Source of the DNA: Escherichia coli
GTDB taxonomy: Bacteria; Pseudomonadota; Gammaproteobacteria; Enterobacterales; Enterobacteriaceae
Assembly: GCF_003334305.1 (NCBI RefSeq)
Contig: NZ_QOWS01000008.1
Direction: 5' to 3' (one strand)
Length of the DNA: 64,000 nt
Shown in pieces: positions 34,382-53,765 of this stretch (positions within the stretch are counted from its first letter, which is position 1; each line of letters begins with the position of its first letter). Position numbers and translations under genes: made by a program. The notes below the pieces were generated by a model. The model made no database searches. It had not been told where the DNA came from and was given only the letters and a program-made list of their open reading frames with translations.

Positions 34382-36703
34382 ATGATGAATGATTCGTTCT
34401 GCCGCATTATTGCGGGTGAAATTCAGGCGCGCCCGGAACAGGTTGACGCTGCCGTTCGCCTGCTTGACGAAGGGAATACCGTGCCGTTTATCGCACGTTA
34501 TCGTAAGGAAATCACCGGCGGTCTGGATGACACGCAGCTGCGTAATCTGGAAACGCGTCTGAGCTATCTGCGCGAGCTGGAAGAGAGACGTCAGGCGATC
34601 CTCAAATCCATTTCCGAGCAAGGCAAACTCACCGATGATCTGGCGAAGGCCATCAACGCCACCCTAAGCAAAACCGAACTCGAAGACCTCTACCTGCCCT
34701 ACAAACCTAAACGCCGCACCCGCGGGCAAATCGCCATTGAAGCAGGGCTTGAGCCGTTGGCTGACCTGCTGTGGAGCGATCCGTCACACACGCCAGAAGT
34801 CGCCGCTGCACAATATGTTGATGCCGATAAAGGCGTGGCAGATACCAAAGCCGCGCTGGATGGCGCGCGCTATATCCTGATGGAACGGTTTGCCGAAGAT
34901 GCCGCGCTGCTGGCGAAAGTGCGTGATTATCTGTGGAAGAACGCGCATCTGGTCTCAACCGTGGTGAGCGGTAAAGAAGAGGAAGGGGCGAAATTCCGCG
35001 ACTATTTCGATCATCACGAACCGTTGTCCACGGTGCCTTCTCACCGCGCGCTGGCGATGTTCCGTGGGCGTAACGAAGGCGTACTCCAGCTTTCGCTGAA
35101 TGCCGATCCGCAGTTCGATGAGCCGCCCAAAGAGAGCTATTGCGAGCAAATCATCATGGATCACCTTGGCCTGCGCCTGAACAATGCCCCGGCGGATAGC
35201 TGGCGCAAAGGCGTAGTGAGCTGGACCTGGCGCATCAAGGTGCTGATGCATCTGGAAACCGAACTGATGGGTACCGTGCGCGAACGCGCGGAAGATGAAG
35301 CAATCAACGTCTTTGCCCGTAACCTGCACGATCTGCTGATGGCGGCCCCTGCCGGACTGCGTGCAACGATGGGCCTCGATCCGGGTCTGCGTACCGGGGT
35401 AAAAGTGGCGGTGGTCGATGCCACTGGCAAACTGGTGGCGACCGATACCATTTACCCGCACACCGGACAAGCCGCAAAAGCAGCGATGACCGTTGCTGCC
35501 TTGTGTGAAAAACATAACGTTGAACTGGTGGCGATCGGCAACGGTACAGCTTCCCGCGAAACTGAACGTTTCTATCTCGACGTGCAGAAGCAGTTCCCGA
35601 AAGTGACCGCACAGAAAGTGATCGTCAGCGAAGCTGGCGCGTCGGTTTACTCAGCTTCCGAGCTGGCAGCGCAGGAGTTCCCGGATCTCGACGTTTCGCT
35701 GCGTGGTGCGGTATCTATCGCCCGCCGTTTGCAGGATCCGCTGGCGGAGCTGGTGAAAATCGATCCGAAATCTATCGGCGTAGGTCAGTATCAGCATGAC
35801 GTCAGCCAGACGCAACTGGCCCGCAAACTGGATGCAGTAGTAGAAGACTGCGTAAACGCCGTTGGCGTCGATCTCAACACCGCTTCTGTTCCGCTATTAA
35901 CCCGCGTGGCGGGCCTGACGCGCATGATGGCGCAAAACATCGTGGCCTGGCGCGATGAGAACGGCCAGTTCAAGAACCGTCAGCAACTGCTGAAAGTCAG
36001 CCGTCTGGGGCCGAAAGCCTTCGAGCAGTGCGCGGGCTTCCTGCGCATTAACCACGGTGATAACCCGCTGGACGCCTCTACCGTTCACCCGGAAGCCTAT
36101 CCGGTGGTGGAACGCATTCTGGCAGCAACACAGCAGGCACTGAAAGATCTGATGGGTAACAGCAGCGAACTGCGTAACCTGAAAGCGTCTGACTTTACTG
36201 ATGAAAAATTCGGTGTGCCGACAGTAACTGACATCATCAAAGAGCTGGAAAAACCGGGTCGCGATCCGCGTCCGGAATTTAAAACCGCTCAGTTTGCCGA
36301 TGGCGTCGAGACAATGAACGACCTGCAACCGGGTATGATCCTCGAAGGCGCTGTCACCAACGTCACCAACTTTGGCGCGTTTGTCGATATTGGCGTGCAT
36401 CAGGACGGCCTGGTTCACATCTCTTCATTGTCGAACAAGTTTGTGGAAGATCCGCATACCGTGGTGAAAGCGGGCGACATTGTGAAGGTGAAAGTGCTGG
36501 AAGTGGATCTTCAGCGTAAACGTATCGCCCTGACCATGCGTCTGGACGAGCAGCCTGGCGAAACCAACGCCCGTCGCGGCGGCGGTAATGAACGCCCGCA
36601 AAACAACCGCCCGGCAGCCAAACCACGCGGTCGTGAAGCGCAGCCTGCCGGTAATAGCGCGATGATGGATGCGCTGGCGGCGGCAATGGGCAAAAAACGT
36701 TAA
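34382..36703 (+). CDS. tex: Tex-family transcription accessory protein (YhgF), C-terminal S1 domain
   Basis: 773 aa ORF. Confidence 0.9.
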   Translation: MMNDSFCRIIAGEIQARPEQVDAAVRLLDEGNTVPFIARYRKEITGGLDDTQLRNLETRLSYLRELEERRQAILKSISEQGKLTDDLAKAINATLSKTELEDLYLPYKPKRRTRGQIAIEAGLEPLADLLWSDPSHTPEVAAAQYVDADKGVADTKAALDGARYILMERFAEDAALLAKVRDYLWKNAHLVSTVVSGKEEEGAKFRDYFDHHEPLSTVPSHRALAMFRGRNEGVLQLSLNADPQFDEPPKESYCEQIIMDHLGLRLNNAPADSWRKGVVSWTWRIKVLMHLETELMGTVRERAEDEAINVFARNLHDLLMAAPAGLRATMGLDPGLRTGVKVAVVDATGKLVATDTIYPHTGQAAKAAMTVAALCEKHNVELVAIGNGTASRETERFYLDVQKQFPKVTAQKVIVSEAGASVYSASELAAQEFPDLDVSLRGAVSIARRLQDPLAELVKIDPKSIGVGQYQHDVSQTQLARKLDAVVEDCVNAVGVDLNTASVPLLTRVAGLTRMMAQNIVAWRDENGQFKNRQQLLKVSRLGPKAFEQCAGFLRINHGDNPLDASTVHPEAYPVVERILAATQQALKDLMGNSSELRNLKASDFTDEKFGVPTVTDIIKELEKPGRDPRPEFKTAQFADGVETMNDLQPGMILEGAVTNVTNFGAFVDIGVHQDGLVHISSLSNKFVEDPHTVVKAGDIVKVKVLEVDLQRKRIALTMRLDEQPGETNARRGGGNERPQNNRPAAKPRGREAQPAGNSAMMDALAAAMGKKR

Positions 36704-36784
36704 ACGCCCTGATTGACCCCTAAACCTGCGCGATAAGGTGTCCACGCCGCATCTGGCAACGAACGCCTTGTCTGACATAAAAGT

Positions 36785-36809
36785 GCCGGAGAATATCTCC
36801 GGCCTTTTT
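36785..36809 (+). terminator. intrinsic terminator after tex
   Basis: gccggag-aatat-ctccggc hairpin followed by cttttt. Confidence 0.6.
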
Positions 36810-37004
36810 ATTCCACAACCAAACTCATAATATATTCCGGCAATATTTATCACTTCATTAACAACTGAAACCTTAATTAAACATTAGCCAGTCCGGGTAA
36901 TTCACTATTCGAATTATATTTTCGCTGCGATATAACCTTGAGCCACATCAACATTGAGTCAGATTATTATTCAAACCAACATTCGCACACATTTTAAGTA
37001 TTGC

Positions 37005-37050
37005 TGATAGAAACCATTCTCATTATCATTGTGTTGTTGATTATTTAATC
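37005..37050 (+). promoter_or_regulatory. feoABC control region with Fur-box-like and FNR-like motifs
   Basis: AT-rich; ctcattatcatt resembles part of the Fur consensus; ttgattatttaatc is a weak FNR-like site. Confidence 0.3.
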
Positions 37051-37140
37051 TCTCCTTTGTTGGCAAATCATCTGGTCTCATGTCGCTGTCAAACGCCCCA
37101 TGAGGTAGTTATCCAGTTAATGAGAAACAAGTAGGCACCT

Positions 37141-37368
37141 ATGCAATACACTCCAGATACTGCGTGGAAAATCACTGGCTTTTCCCGTGAAATCAGCCCG
37201 GCATATCGCCAAAAACTGCTTTCTCTTGGCATGTTACCTGGCTCCTCTTTTAATGTGGTGCGCGTCGCTCCACTCGGCGACCCCATTCATATCGAAACCC
37301 GTCGTGTGAGCCTGGTATTACGCAAAAAAGATCTGGCCTTATTAGAAGTGGAAGCGGTTTCCTGTTAA
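37141..37368 (+). CDS. feoA: ferrous iron transport protein A
   Basis: 75 aa ORF. Confidence 0.9.
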   Translation: MQYTPDTAWKITGFSREISPAYRQKLLSLGMLPGSSFNVVRVAPLGDPIHIETRRVSLVLRKKDLALLEVEAVSC

Positions 37369-37384
37369 TACGGTGATAACAACA

Positions 37385-39706
37385 ATGAAAAAATTAACCA
37401 TAGGCTTAATTGGTAATCCAAATTCTGGCAAGACAACCTTATTTAACCAGCTCACTGGCGCACGTCAGCGTGTAGGTAACTGGGCTGGCGTTACCGTCGA
37501 ACGTAAAGAAGGGCAATTCTCCACCACCGATCATCAGGTCACGCTGGTGGACCTGCCCGGCACCTATTCTCTGACCACCATCTCATCGCAGACCTCGCTC
37601 GATGAGCAAATCGCCTGTCACTACATTTTGAGTGGCGACGCCGACCTGCTGATTAACGTGGTGGATGCGTCTAACCTTGAGCGTAACCTGTACCTGACGC
37701 TACAACTGCTGGAACTCGGCATTCCCTGCATCGTGGCACTGAACATGCTCGACATTGCCGAGAAGCAAAATATTCGTATTGAAATTGATACTCTGTCGGC
37801 GCGTCTTGGCTGCCCAGTGATCCCGCTGGTTTCAACCCGTGGTCGCGGTATTGAAGCGCTCAAGCTGGCGATTGATCGCTATAAAGCTAACGAGAATGTG
37901 GAACTGGTGCATTACGCACAGCCGCTACTCAACGAAGCAGATTCACTGGCAAAAGTGATGCCTTCCGACATCCCGCTGAAACAACGTCGCTGGCTGGGCC
38001 TGCAAATGCTGGAAGGCGATATCTACAGCCGCGCCTACGCCGGTGAAGCGTCGCAGCATCTGGATGCCGCCCTCGCCCGTCTGCGTAATGAGATGGACGA
38101 TCCGGCGCTGCACATTGCCGATGCGCGTTACCAGTGCATTGCTGCCATCTGTGATGTGGTAAGCAACACCCTGACGGCAGAACCCAGCCGTTTCACCACT
38201 GCGGTAGATAAAATCGTGCTCAACCGTTTCCTCGGTCTGCCGATTTTCCTCTTTGTGATGTACCTGATGTTCCTGCTGGCTATCAACATCGGCGGGGCGT
38301 TACAGCCGCTGTTTGACGTCGGCTCCGTGGCGCTATTTGTGCATGGTATTCAATGGATTGGCTACACGCTCCACTTCCCGGACTGGCTGACTATCTTCCT
38401 CGCCCAGGGCCTGGGTGGCGGCATTAACACCGTGCTGCCACTGGTGCCGCAGATTGGCATGATGTACCTGTTCCTCTCCTTCCTTGAGGACTCCGGGTAT
38501 ATGGCGCGTGCGGCGTTTGTGATGGACCGTCTGATGCAGGCGCTGGGCTTGCCGGGGAAATCCTTTGTGCCGCTGATCGTCGGTTTCGGTTGTAACGTAC
38601 CGTCGGTAATGGGTGCACGTACGCTTGATGCACCGCGTGAACGTCTGATGACCATCATGATGGCACCGTTTATGTCCTGCGGCGCGCGTCTGGCTATCTT
38701 CGCAGTATTCGCGGCTGCCTTCTTCGGGCAGAACGGTGCGCTGGCGGTCTTCTCGCTGTATATGCTGGGTATTGTGATGGCGGTGCTGACTGGCCTGATG
38801 CTCAAGTACACCATCATGCGCGGTGAAGCGACGCCGTTTGTCATGGAGTTGCCGGTCTATCATGTACCACACGTTAAAAGCCTGATTATCCAGACCTGGC
38901 AGCGTCTGAAAGGCTTCGTTCTGCGTGCTGGTAAAGTGATCATCATCGTCAGCATTTTCCTGAGCGCTTTCAACAGCTTCTCGCTGAGCGGGAAAATCGT
39001 CGATAACATCAACGACTCGGCGCTGGCGTCCGTCAGCCGGGTGATCACCCCGGTCTTCAAGCCAATTGGCGTGCATGAAGATAACTGGCAGGCAACGGTT
39101 GGCCTGTTTACAGGTGCCATGGCGAAAGAAGTGGTAGTGGGTACGCTCAACACCCTCTACACCGCAGAAAATATTCAGGACGAAGAGTTCAATCCGGCAG
39201 AATTTAACCTCGGTGAAGAGCTGTTCAGTGCGATAGATGAAACCTGGCAGAGCCTGAAAGACACCTTCAGCCTTAGCGTACTGATGAACCCCATTGAAGC
39301 CAGCAAAGGCGACGGCGAAATGGGTACCGGGGCGATGGGCGTGATGGATCAGAAATTCGGTAGCGCAGCAGCAGCTTACAGCTACCTGATTTTCGTCCTG
39401 CTGTATGTACCATGTATCTCGGTGATGGGAGCCATCGCCCGTGAATCAAGCCGTGGCTGGATGGGCTTCTCCATCCTGTGGGGGCTGAATATCGCTTACT
39501 CGCTGGCAACATTGTTCTATCAGGTCGCCAGCTACAGTCAGCACCCAACTTACAGCCTGGTGTGCATTCTGGCGGTTATCCTGTTTAACATCGTGGTTAT
39601 CGGTCTGCTGCGCCGCGCGCGTAGCCGGGTGGATATCGAACTGCTGGCAACCCGCAAGTCGGTAAGCAGTTGCTGCGCAGCCAGCACCACCGGTGATTGC
39701 CATTAA
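37385..39706 (+). CDS. feoB: ferrous iron transporter B (GTPase plus permease)
   Basis: 773 aa from [21 protein letters not shown] (G1 motif). Confidence 0.95.
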   Translation: MKKLTIGLIGNPNSGKTTLFNQLTGARQRVGNWAGVTVERKEGQFSTTDHQVTLVDLPGTYSLTTISSQTSLDEQIACHYILSGDADLLINVVDASNLERNLYLTLQLLELGIPCIVALNMLDIAEKQNIRIEIDTLSARLGCPVIPLVSTRGRGIEALKLAIDRYKANENVELVHYAQPLLNEADSLAKVMPSDIPLKQRRWLGLQMLEGDIYSRAYAGEASQHLDAALARLRNEMDDPALHIADARYQCIAAICDVVSNTLTAEPSRFTTAVDKIVLNRFLGLPIFLFVMYLMFLLAINIGGALQPLFDVGSVALFVHGIQWIGYTLHFPDWLTIFLAQGLGGGINTVLPLVPQIGMMYLFLSFLEDSGYMARAAFVMDRLMQALGLPGKSFVPLIVGFGCNVPSVMGARTLDAPRERLMTIMMAPFMSCGARLAIFAVFAAAFFGQNGALAVFSLYMLGIVMAVLTGLMLKYTIMRGEATPFVMELPVYHVPHVKSLIIQTWQRLKGFVLRAGKVIIIVSIFLSAFNSFSLSGKIVDNINDSALASVSRVITPVFKPIGVHEDNWQATVGLFTGAMAKEVVVGTLNTLYTAENIQDEEFNPAEFNLGEELFSAIDETWQSLKDTFSLSVLMNPIEASKGDGEMGTGAMGVMDQKFGSAAAAYSYLIFVLLYVPCISVMGAIARESSRGWMGFSILWGLNIAYSLATLFYQVASYSQHPTYSLVCILAVILFNIVVIGLLRRARSRVDIELLATRKSVSSCCAASTTGDCH

Positions 39707-39942
39707 TGGCTTCACTTATTCAGGTGCGCGATTTGCTGGCGTTACGGGGCCGTATGGAAGCGGCCCAGATAAGCCAGACATTGAACACTCCACAGCCAAT
39801 GATTAACGCCATGCTGCAACAACTGGAAAGTATGGGCAAAGCCGTGCGGATTCAGGAAGAACCTGACGGCTGCCTCTCTGGCAGTTGTAAAAGCTGCCCG
39901 GAAGGAAAAGCCTGTCTGCGCGAGTGGTGGGCGCTGCGTTAA
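39706..39942 (+). CDS. feoC: FeoC (winged-helix, Cys-rich)
   Basis: 78 aa from MASLIQVRD; start overlaps the feoB stop (TAATG). Confidence 0.85.
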   Translation: MASLIQVRDLLALRGRMEAAQISQTLNTPQPMINAMLQQLESMGKAVRIQEEPDGCLSGSCKSCPEGKACLREWWALR

Positions 39943-39968
39943 CCTTACTCCATCGCCTGTTTTGGAAA

Positions 39969-39999
39969 GCCCGGTATGCGTCTGCATCCGGGCTTTTTT
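39969..39999 (+). terminator. intrinsic terminator after feoC
   Basis: gcccggtatgc-gtct-gcatccgggc hairpin followed by tttttt. Confidence 0.6.
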
Positions 40000-40144
40000 G
40001 CGTGCGGCTTTCCATAAAAATGCAACTCTTGCAGCACGGCGTAAGTTCCTTTGAAAGCATCTCGCAGGGATGAAAACTCGCTAATGCACAGATGTGGAGT
40101 GGCGCGTAGAGTCGCGGCATTCAAACAACAGGTGAAGGAACGCC

Positions 40145-41023
40145 ATGAGTAAAAAGCAGAGTTCCACCCCACATGATGCGCTGTTCAAACTCTTTTTACG
40201 CCAACCGGACACGGCTCGCGATTTTCTTGCGTTCCATTTACCGGCCCCCATTCACGCGCTCTGTGATATGAAAACCCTCAAGCTGGAGTCGAGCAGCTTT
40301 ATTGATGACGATCTGCGTGAAAGCTATTCCGATGTGCTGTGGTCGGTGAAAACGGAACAAGGACCAGGATACATCTATTGTCTGATTGAACATCAAAGCA
40401 CCTCAAACAAACTGATCGCATTTCGCATGATGCGTTAAGCTATTGCCGCAATGCAAAATCACCTTGATGCTGGATACAAAACGTTGCCGATGGTGGTGCT
40501 ATTGTTGTTTTACCACGGTATTGAAAGCCCCTATCCCTATTCGCTGTGTTGGCTGGATTGTTTCGCCGATCCCAAACTGGCAAGGCAGCTTTATGCCTCC
40601 GCATTTCCGCTGATTGATGTCACCGTCATGCCTGATGATGAAATCATGCAGCACCGACGTATGGCGCTGCTGGAGTTAATTCAAAAACATATTCGTCAAC
40701 GCGACCTGATGGGGCTGGTAGAGCAAATGGCCTGCTTATTAAGTAGTGGATACGCTAATGACAGACAAATCAAAGGGCTGTTTAATTACATACTGCAAAC
40801 CGGCGACGCGGTACGTTTTAACGATTTTATCGACGGCGTTGCCGAACGTTCACCGAAACACAAGGAGAGTTTAATGACAATTGCGGAAAGATTGCGGCAG
40901 GAGGGGGAACAATCCAAAGCCCTGCATATAGCCAAAATAATGCTTGAATCCGGAGTCCCTCTTACAGACATCATGCGCTTTACCGGGGTGTCAGAAGAAG
41001 AGTTGGCTGCGGCGAGCCAGTAA
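40145..41023 (+). pseudogene. rpnA: rpnA (yhgA) recombination-promoting nuclease, interrupted by one in-frame TAA at 40436..40438
   Basis: 97 aa ORF + stop + 4 codons + 190 aa ORF, all in one frame, sum to the expected 292 codons. Confidence 0.65.
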
Positions 41024-41051
41024 ATTTCTGTCTCGCCATTTCAAAAGTTGC

Positions 41052-42543
<1,492 letters not shown>

Positions 42544-42601
42544 AGCCTCGATGATGGGCGTATTATAACCAACTAAAATAGTCAACTATTAGGCCATTAC
42601 T

Positions 42602-43177
42602 ATGATCCGTATTTCCGATGCTGCACAAGCGCACTTTGCCAAACTGCTGGCAAATCAGGAAGAAGGGACACAAATCCGCGTATTTGTGATTAACCCTGGC
42701 ACGCCTAACGCTGAATGTGGTGTTTCTTATTGTCCGCCGGATGCCGTGGAAGCCACCGACACTGCCCTGAAATTTGACCTGCTGACCGCGTATGTTGATG
42801 AGTTAAGCGCACCATACCTGGAAGATGCAGAGATCGACTTTGTTACCGACCAGTTGGGTTCTCAGTTAACGCTGAAAGCCCCGAACGCCAAAATGCGTAA
42901 AGTGGCAGACGATGCACCGCTGATGGAGCGCGTGGAGTATATGCTGCAGTCGCAGATCAACCCACAGCTTGCTGGTCACGGTGGTCGCGTTTCGCTGATG
43001 GAAATCACCGAAGACGGTTACGCCATTCTGCAATTTGGCGGCGGCTGTAACGGTTGTTCCATGGTCGATGTGACGCTGAAAGAAGGGATCGAGAAGCAGC
43101 TGCTGAACGAATTCCCGGAGCTGAAAGGTGTGCGCGATCTCACCGAACACCAGCGCGGCGAACACTCCTACTACTAA
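42602..43177 (+). CDS. nfuA: Fe-S cluster carrier NfuA
   Basis: 191 aa ORF; C-terminal CxxC (GGGCNGCS). Confidence 0.9.
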
Positions 43178-43237
<60 letters not shown>

Positions 43238-43361
43238 TGAACATGTGCCAGACGTTGGCACAGCATTGCTTTGGCAAATCCCTCCCTTCGTTTCCCCGCG
43301 ATAATATGACCAACCTCTCATAATTTAAATTTACCCCGCTCTGGTGATTCTCAAACGCCAG

Positions 43362-43377
43362 ATGTTACCCGTATCAT
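43362..43377. promoter_or_regulatory. GntR operator-like site 1 upstream of gntT
   Basis: atgttacccgtatcat; a related copy lies at 43503..43518. Confidence 0.45.
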
Positions 43378-43502
43378 TCACATGGGTACCAAACATACTC
43401 CTGACATCTGACTACAATAATTAGTTTTAGTGGGTATCAGTCGTGGTGCCGCAATATCTCTGTTCCCGATTGGGATAATTAGAGTTTGTCGTCAGAAAAC
43501 TG

Positions 43503-43518
43503 ACGTTACCCATAACAA
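43503..43518. promoter_or_regulatory. GntR operator-like site 2 upstream of gntT
   Basis: acgttacccataacaa; shares the GTTACCC core with site 1. Confidence 0.45.
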
Positions 43519-43537
43519 ATGAAAGGCCAGGTAAATC

Positions 43538-44854
43538 ATGCCATTAGTCATTGTTGCTATCGGTGTAATCTTGTTGTTGCTCCTGATGATCCGCTTCAAA
43601 ATGAACGGCTTCATCGCTCTCGTCCTCGTGGCGCTTGCTGTTGGATTAATGCAAGGAATGCCGCTGGATAAAGTTATTGGCTCCATCAAAGCCGGTGTCG
43701 GCGGGACGCTCGGTAGCCTTGCCCTGATCATGGGTTTTGGCGCAATGCTGGGCAAAATGCTGGCAGACTGCGGTGGCGCACAACGTATCGCCACCACGCT
43801 GATTGCCAAATTTGGTAAAAAACACATCCAGTGGGCGGTGGTACTGACCGGTTTTACCGTTGGTTTTGCCCTGTTCTATGAAGTGGGCTTTGTGCTGATG
43901 CTGCCGCTGGTGTTTACCATCGCGGCTTCTGCGAATATTCCACTGTTGTATGTTGGTGTACCAATGGCAGCTGCACTGTCTGTGACCCACGGCTTCCTGC
44001 CACCGCATCCGGGTCCGACTGCGATTGCCACCATTTTCAATGCCGATATGGGTAAAACCCTGCTGTACGGTACTATTCTGGCAATCCCGACCGTGATTCT
44101 CGCCGGTCCGGTTTACGCTCGCGTGTTGAAAGGTATCGATAAGCCAATTCCGGAAGGTCTCTACAGCGCGAAAACCTTCAGCGAAGAAGAGATGCCGAGC
44201 TTTGGCGTCAGCGTCTGGACTTCTCTGGTGCCGGTTGTGCTGATGGCGATGCGTGCGATTGCCGAAATGATCCTGCCGAAAGGTCACGCTTTCCTGCCGG
44301 TAGCGGAGTTCCTCGGTGACCCGGTAATGGCAACGCTGATTGCCGTGCTGATTGCGATGTTCACCTTTGGTCTGAACCGTGGTCGTTCAATGGATCAGAT
44401 TAACGACACGCTGGTTTCTTCCATCAAAATCATTGCGATGATGCTGTTGATCATCGGTGGTGGCGGTGCGTTCAAGCAGGTGCTGGTAGACAGCGGCGTG
44501 GACAAATACATTGCTTCCATGATGCACGAAACCAACATTTCTCCGCTGCTGATGGCCTGGTCGATTGCTGCCGTACTGCGTATCGCGCTGGGTTCCGCAA
44601 CCGTTGCGGCAATCACTGCGGGTGGTATCGCGGCACCGCTGATTGCAACGACGGGTGTTAGCCCAGAGCTGATGGTTATTGCGGTGGGTTCCGGTAGTGT
44701 GATTTTCTCTCATGTGAACGATCCGGGCTTCTGGCTGTTCAAAGAGTACTTTAACCTGACTATCGGCGAGACCATCAAATCCTGGTCGATGCTGGAAACC
44801 ATTATCTCGGTGTGCGGTCTGGTAGGCTGTCTGCTGCTGAATATGGTGATTTGA
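43538..44854 (+). CDS. gntT: high-affinity gluconate transporter
   Basis: 438 aa ORF, polytopic membrane protein. Confidence 0.9.
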   Translation: MPLVIVAIGVILLLLLMIRFKMNGFIALVLVALAVGLMQGMPLDKVIGSIKAGVGGTLGSLALIMGFGAMLGKMLADCGGAQRIATTLIAKFGKKHIQWAVVLTGFTVGFALFYEVGFVLMLPLVFTIAASANIPLLYVGVPMAAALSVTHGFLPPHPGPTAIATIFNADMGKTLLYGTILAIPTVILAGPVYARVLKGIDKPIPEGLYSAKTFSEEEMPSFGVSVWTSLVPVVLMAMRAIAEMILPKGHAFLPVAEFLGDPVMATLIAVLIAMFTFGLNRGRSMDQINDTLVSSIKIIAMMLLIIGGGGAFKQVLVDSGVDKYIASMMHETNISPLLMAWSIAAVLRIALGSATVAAITAGGIAAPLIATTGVSPELMVIAVGSGSVIFSHVNDPGFWLFKEYFNLTIGETIKSWSMLETIISVCGLVGCLLLNMVI

Positions 44855-44864
44855 TAACACTGAC

Positions 44865-44886
44865 TGCCGGATGCATCGCATCCGGC
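44865..44886. repeat. REP-like hairpin between convergent gntT and malQ
   Basis: gccggatgcatcgcatccggc perfect stem; no T-tract. Confidence 0.4.
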
Positions 44887-44898
44887 ATCAACCGCACT

Positions 44899-46983
44899 CT
44901 ACTTCTTCTTCGCTGCAGCTCTGCGCCGTCTGTCCAAATCCTTCAGCAACTTGTTCACGCCATCATCGGCAAACATCGTCTCAAGCGTTGCGGAAAGCTT
45001 GCGTCGCCAGTTTTTATACTGGTAACTGGTGCCAGGAATATTCACCGGTTCGGCCATATCCAGCCAGTCTTCCGGCTGTAGTCCTAACAGAGCACTGTTA
45101 CTGTCGGCAATGTAGCGCTGCAAACCACGGTTCAGCGTCGGCGTCATCGACATCAACGATGCCTTATGCCCGGCACGTTTTGGCAGACAACCATATTTAT
45201 GCAGTGCATCCAGCAGCCCTTGCTTCGCCAGTTCGCGATCCTGATACAGACCGCGCAGTACCACTTCATCCGGATACAGCCCCAGGGTTTTGCCCAGCGT
45301 TAGATCCCCGCTCTCCCAGTAACCGCGTAGCGTAGGCAGGTCATGTGTCGCCGCAACCGCCATCGACTGCTCCGGATACGCTTTCGGTGCACGGAACGTC
45401 TTCTCGTGGTCGTTTTCGAAATAGAGCACTTTGTAGGAGTACACACCGCTGCTGCGCAGCTTACCGACAATCTCTACCGGTACGGTACCGAGATCTTCAC
45501 CAATCACCATACAGCGATGACGTTTACTTTCGAGTGCCAGAATCGAGAGCAGATCATCCACCGGATAGTGAACATACGCGCCCTGATCTGCCGTCTCGCC
45601 ATACGGTATCCACCACAAACGCAGCATCGACATCACATGGTCAATTCGTAATGCGCCGCAGTTTTGCATATTGGCACGCAACAGCTCGATAAACGGTTCA
45701 TAGGCACGCGCGGTGATGATATGCGGGTCCATTGGCGGTAATCCCCAGTTCTGCCCCAACGGGCCGAGGATATCCGGCGGCGCGCCAACCGACGCTTTCA
45801 GGCAATATAGTTCACGGTCACACCAGGTTTCCGCCCCACCTTCCGCTACGCCAACCGCCAGATCACGATACAAGCCAATCGGCATTTCATAGCCCTGGCT
45901 TATCTCCCAGCAGGCGGCAAACTGGCTGTAAGCCAGCCACTGCAACCAGAGATAAAAATCGACGTCATTACGATGTTCTTCGCAGAACTGACGCACTTCT
46001 GGTGAATCCACGTTCTGATACATCTCTGGCCATGCAGGCCAGCCCCAGCGCATTTCGTCCTCTTTCACTTGCTGGGCATGTAGCGCATCAAAGGCTGCCT
46101 GCCAGAACAGGCTGTCGCCCTGCTCTGCAACAAACTGGCGAAACGCGGTCATCTGCTCATCATCACGTTGCGCGAAACCTTTCCACGCCATTCGTAATGC
46201 TGTCATTTTTAGGGCGGTAACCGTGGAGTAATCGACCCAGTCGGCATCGCGCGCCTGTTGCAGCGTCTGTTGCGTGGTCGGCAACTGCCACCAGGCCTGA
46301 GCCTCTTCGCTAAGATGGAAATCTTCAACGGCGTTAACGTCGATATAAATCACATTCAGCCAACGGCGAGAAGACGGGCTGTATGGGCTGGCACTCTCCG
46401 GATTTGCCGGATAGAGCGCATGAATCGGGTTCAGGCCGATGAACGACCCGCCACGTTTTGCCACATCCACCAGCATCGCTTTGAGATCGCCAAAATCCCC
46501 AATACCCCAGTTTTTTTCCGATCGCAGCGTATAAAGCTGAACGCAGGCACCCCACAGCTTTTGTTTATTCAGCAACGCCTGCGGTTCGTAACAGCGTTTC
46601 GGGGCGACAATCACCCGGCAATGCGCGCGCTGGTCGTCCTGGGTGAGTGTCAGCGTGTGATAACCTTCCGGCAGCTTCGTCGGTAGATTGAACGCTTTGC
46701 CCCCCGTTACATGGCCTTTGTACTGTGTTCCTTCTTCGGTGGTCAGCAGCCAGCTATATTCGCCGCTGCCCTCCACCACCATCGGCATTTTTTTGCCGCT
46801 GGTATAAACCATGACATTCGGGACTGGCGTTACCGCCACTTTCGTGGCGGTACGTTGATGCATCGCGTCAAGCAAACGCCGTTTGGTTTCGGCGCTAATC
46901 GACTGCGGTTTACCGTGGGCATTGATGTAATTGGGGCTAATCCCCGCCGCCAGCGCGGCATTATCCAGACGTTTGCTTTCCAT
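44899..46983 (-). CDS. malQ: 4-alpha-glucanotransferase (amylomaltase)
   Basis: 694 aa ORF. Confidence 0.95.
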   Translation of the reverse strand: MESKRLDNAALAAGISPNYINAHGKPQSISAETKRRLLDAMHQRTATKVAVTPVPNVMVYTSGKKMPMVVEGSGEYSWLLTTEEGTQYKGHVTGGKAFNLPTKLPEGYHTLTLTQDDQRAHCRVIVAPKRCYEPQALLNKQKLWGACVQLYTLRSEKNWGIGDFGDLKAMLVDVAKRGGSFIGLNPIHALYPANPESASPYSPSSRRWLNVIYIDVNAVEDFHLSEEAQAWWQLPTTQQTLQQARDADWVDYSTVTALKMTALRMAWKGFAQRDDEQMTAFRQFVAEQGDSLFWQAAFDALHAQQVKEDEMRWGWPAWPEMYQNVDSPEVRQFCEEHRNDVDFYLWLQWLAYSQFAACWEISQGYEMPIGLYRDLAVGVAEGGAETWCDRELYCLKASVGAPPDILGPLGQNWGLPPMDPHIITARAYEPFIELLRANMQNCGALRIDHVMSMLRLWWIPYGETADQGAYVHYPVDDLLSILALESKRHRCMVIGEDLGTVPVEIVGKLRSSGVYSYKVLYFENDHEKTFRAPKAYPEQSMAVAATHDLPTLRGYWESGDLTLGKTLGLYPDEVVLRGLYQDRELAKQGLLDALHKYGCLPKRAGHKASLMSMTPTLNRGLQRYIADSNSALLGLQPEDWLDMAEPVNIPGTSYQYKNWRRKLSATLETMFADDGVNKLLKDLDRRRRAAAKKK

Positions 46984-46992
46984 CGAGCTTCC

Positions 46993-49410
<2,418 letters not shown>

Positions 49411-49454
49411 TCAACACAACGTTATCGCTAGTTTGCCAGGCTCGATGTTGACCT

Positions 49455-49500
49455 TCCTCATCCTGCGGGGGATTAGGCAGGGAGGAGTTGCGGGGATGAG
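49455..49500. promoter_or_regulatory. MalT-box cluster of the malPQ promoter
   Basis: GGATGA hexamers on both strands (tcctcatcc at 49455..49463; ggggatgag at 49492..49500) upstream of malP. Confidence 0.45.
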
Positions 49501-49856
49501 CAAGGAAATGTGATCTCAACCACTTAAAGCTAGTGCAAACCACAGGATTAGCAGCAAATCAATGCAATACAGCGCAGAAAATCTGTATCTAAGTGCAAAA
49601 AATGGCCGTTGCGTATTTTCAAAAAGCGGAAGGTAACTCTATAAATTAAGTAAAGGAGTGAAACAGTTTCATAAGTAAAATATCCAGTGTGCTCCATCTC
49701 ATTCTTAATAGATTTATTAAGATCATCTTTTTAGATGGCACTTTCATCAGGAATGAAGAAGAAACCCTTGCTTAAATGAATCTGATGAACATAAGGGAAA
49801 CCAGTATTCACGCTGGATCAGCGTCGTTTTAGGTGAGTTGTTAATAAAGATTTGGA

Positions 49857-49878
49857 ATTGTGACACAGTGCAAATTCA
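49857..49878. promoter_or_regulatory. CRP-site-like sequence upstream of malT
   Basis: attgtgacacagtgcaaattca; TGTGA half-site. Confidence 0.35.
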
Positions 49879-49991
49879 GACACATAAAAAAACGTCATCG
49901 CTTGCATTAGAAAGGTTTCTGGCCGACCTTATAACCATTAATTACGAAGCGCAAAAAAAATAATATTTCCTCATTTTCCACAGTGAAGTGA

Positions 49992-52703
<2,712 letters not shown>

Positions 52704-52745
52704 GTTTAGCCGGATAATGCATTGGATCCGGTTTACATCTTTACA

Positions 52746-53765
<1,020 letters not shown>

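Noticed and set aside
38333-39076. 247 aa minus-strand ORF, His/Arg-rich
   Set aside because: Entirely inside feoB on the opposite strand; an artefact of the GC-rich third-position bias.
49509-49524. CRP site for malP (tgtgatctcaaccact)
   Set aside because: Only one TGTGA half-site with a poor partner; the malPQ promoter is, as I recall, MalT-dependent rather than CRP-dependent, so not called.
52707-52733. Possible terminator hairpin after malT (ccggataatgcattggatccgg)
   Set aside because: Stem is short and imperfect and the T-tract is weak; not confident enough to annotate.
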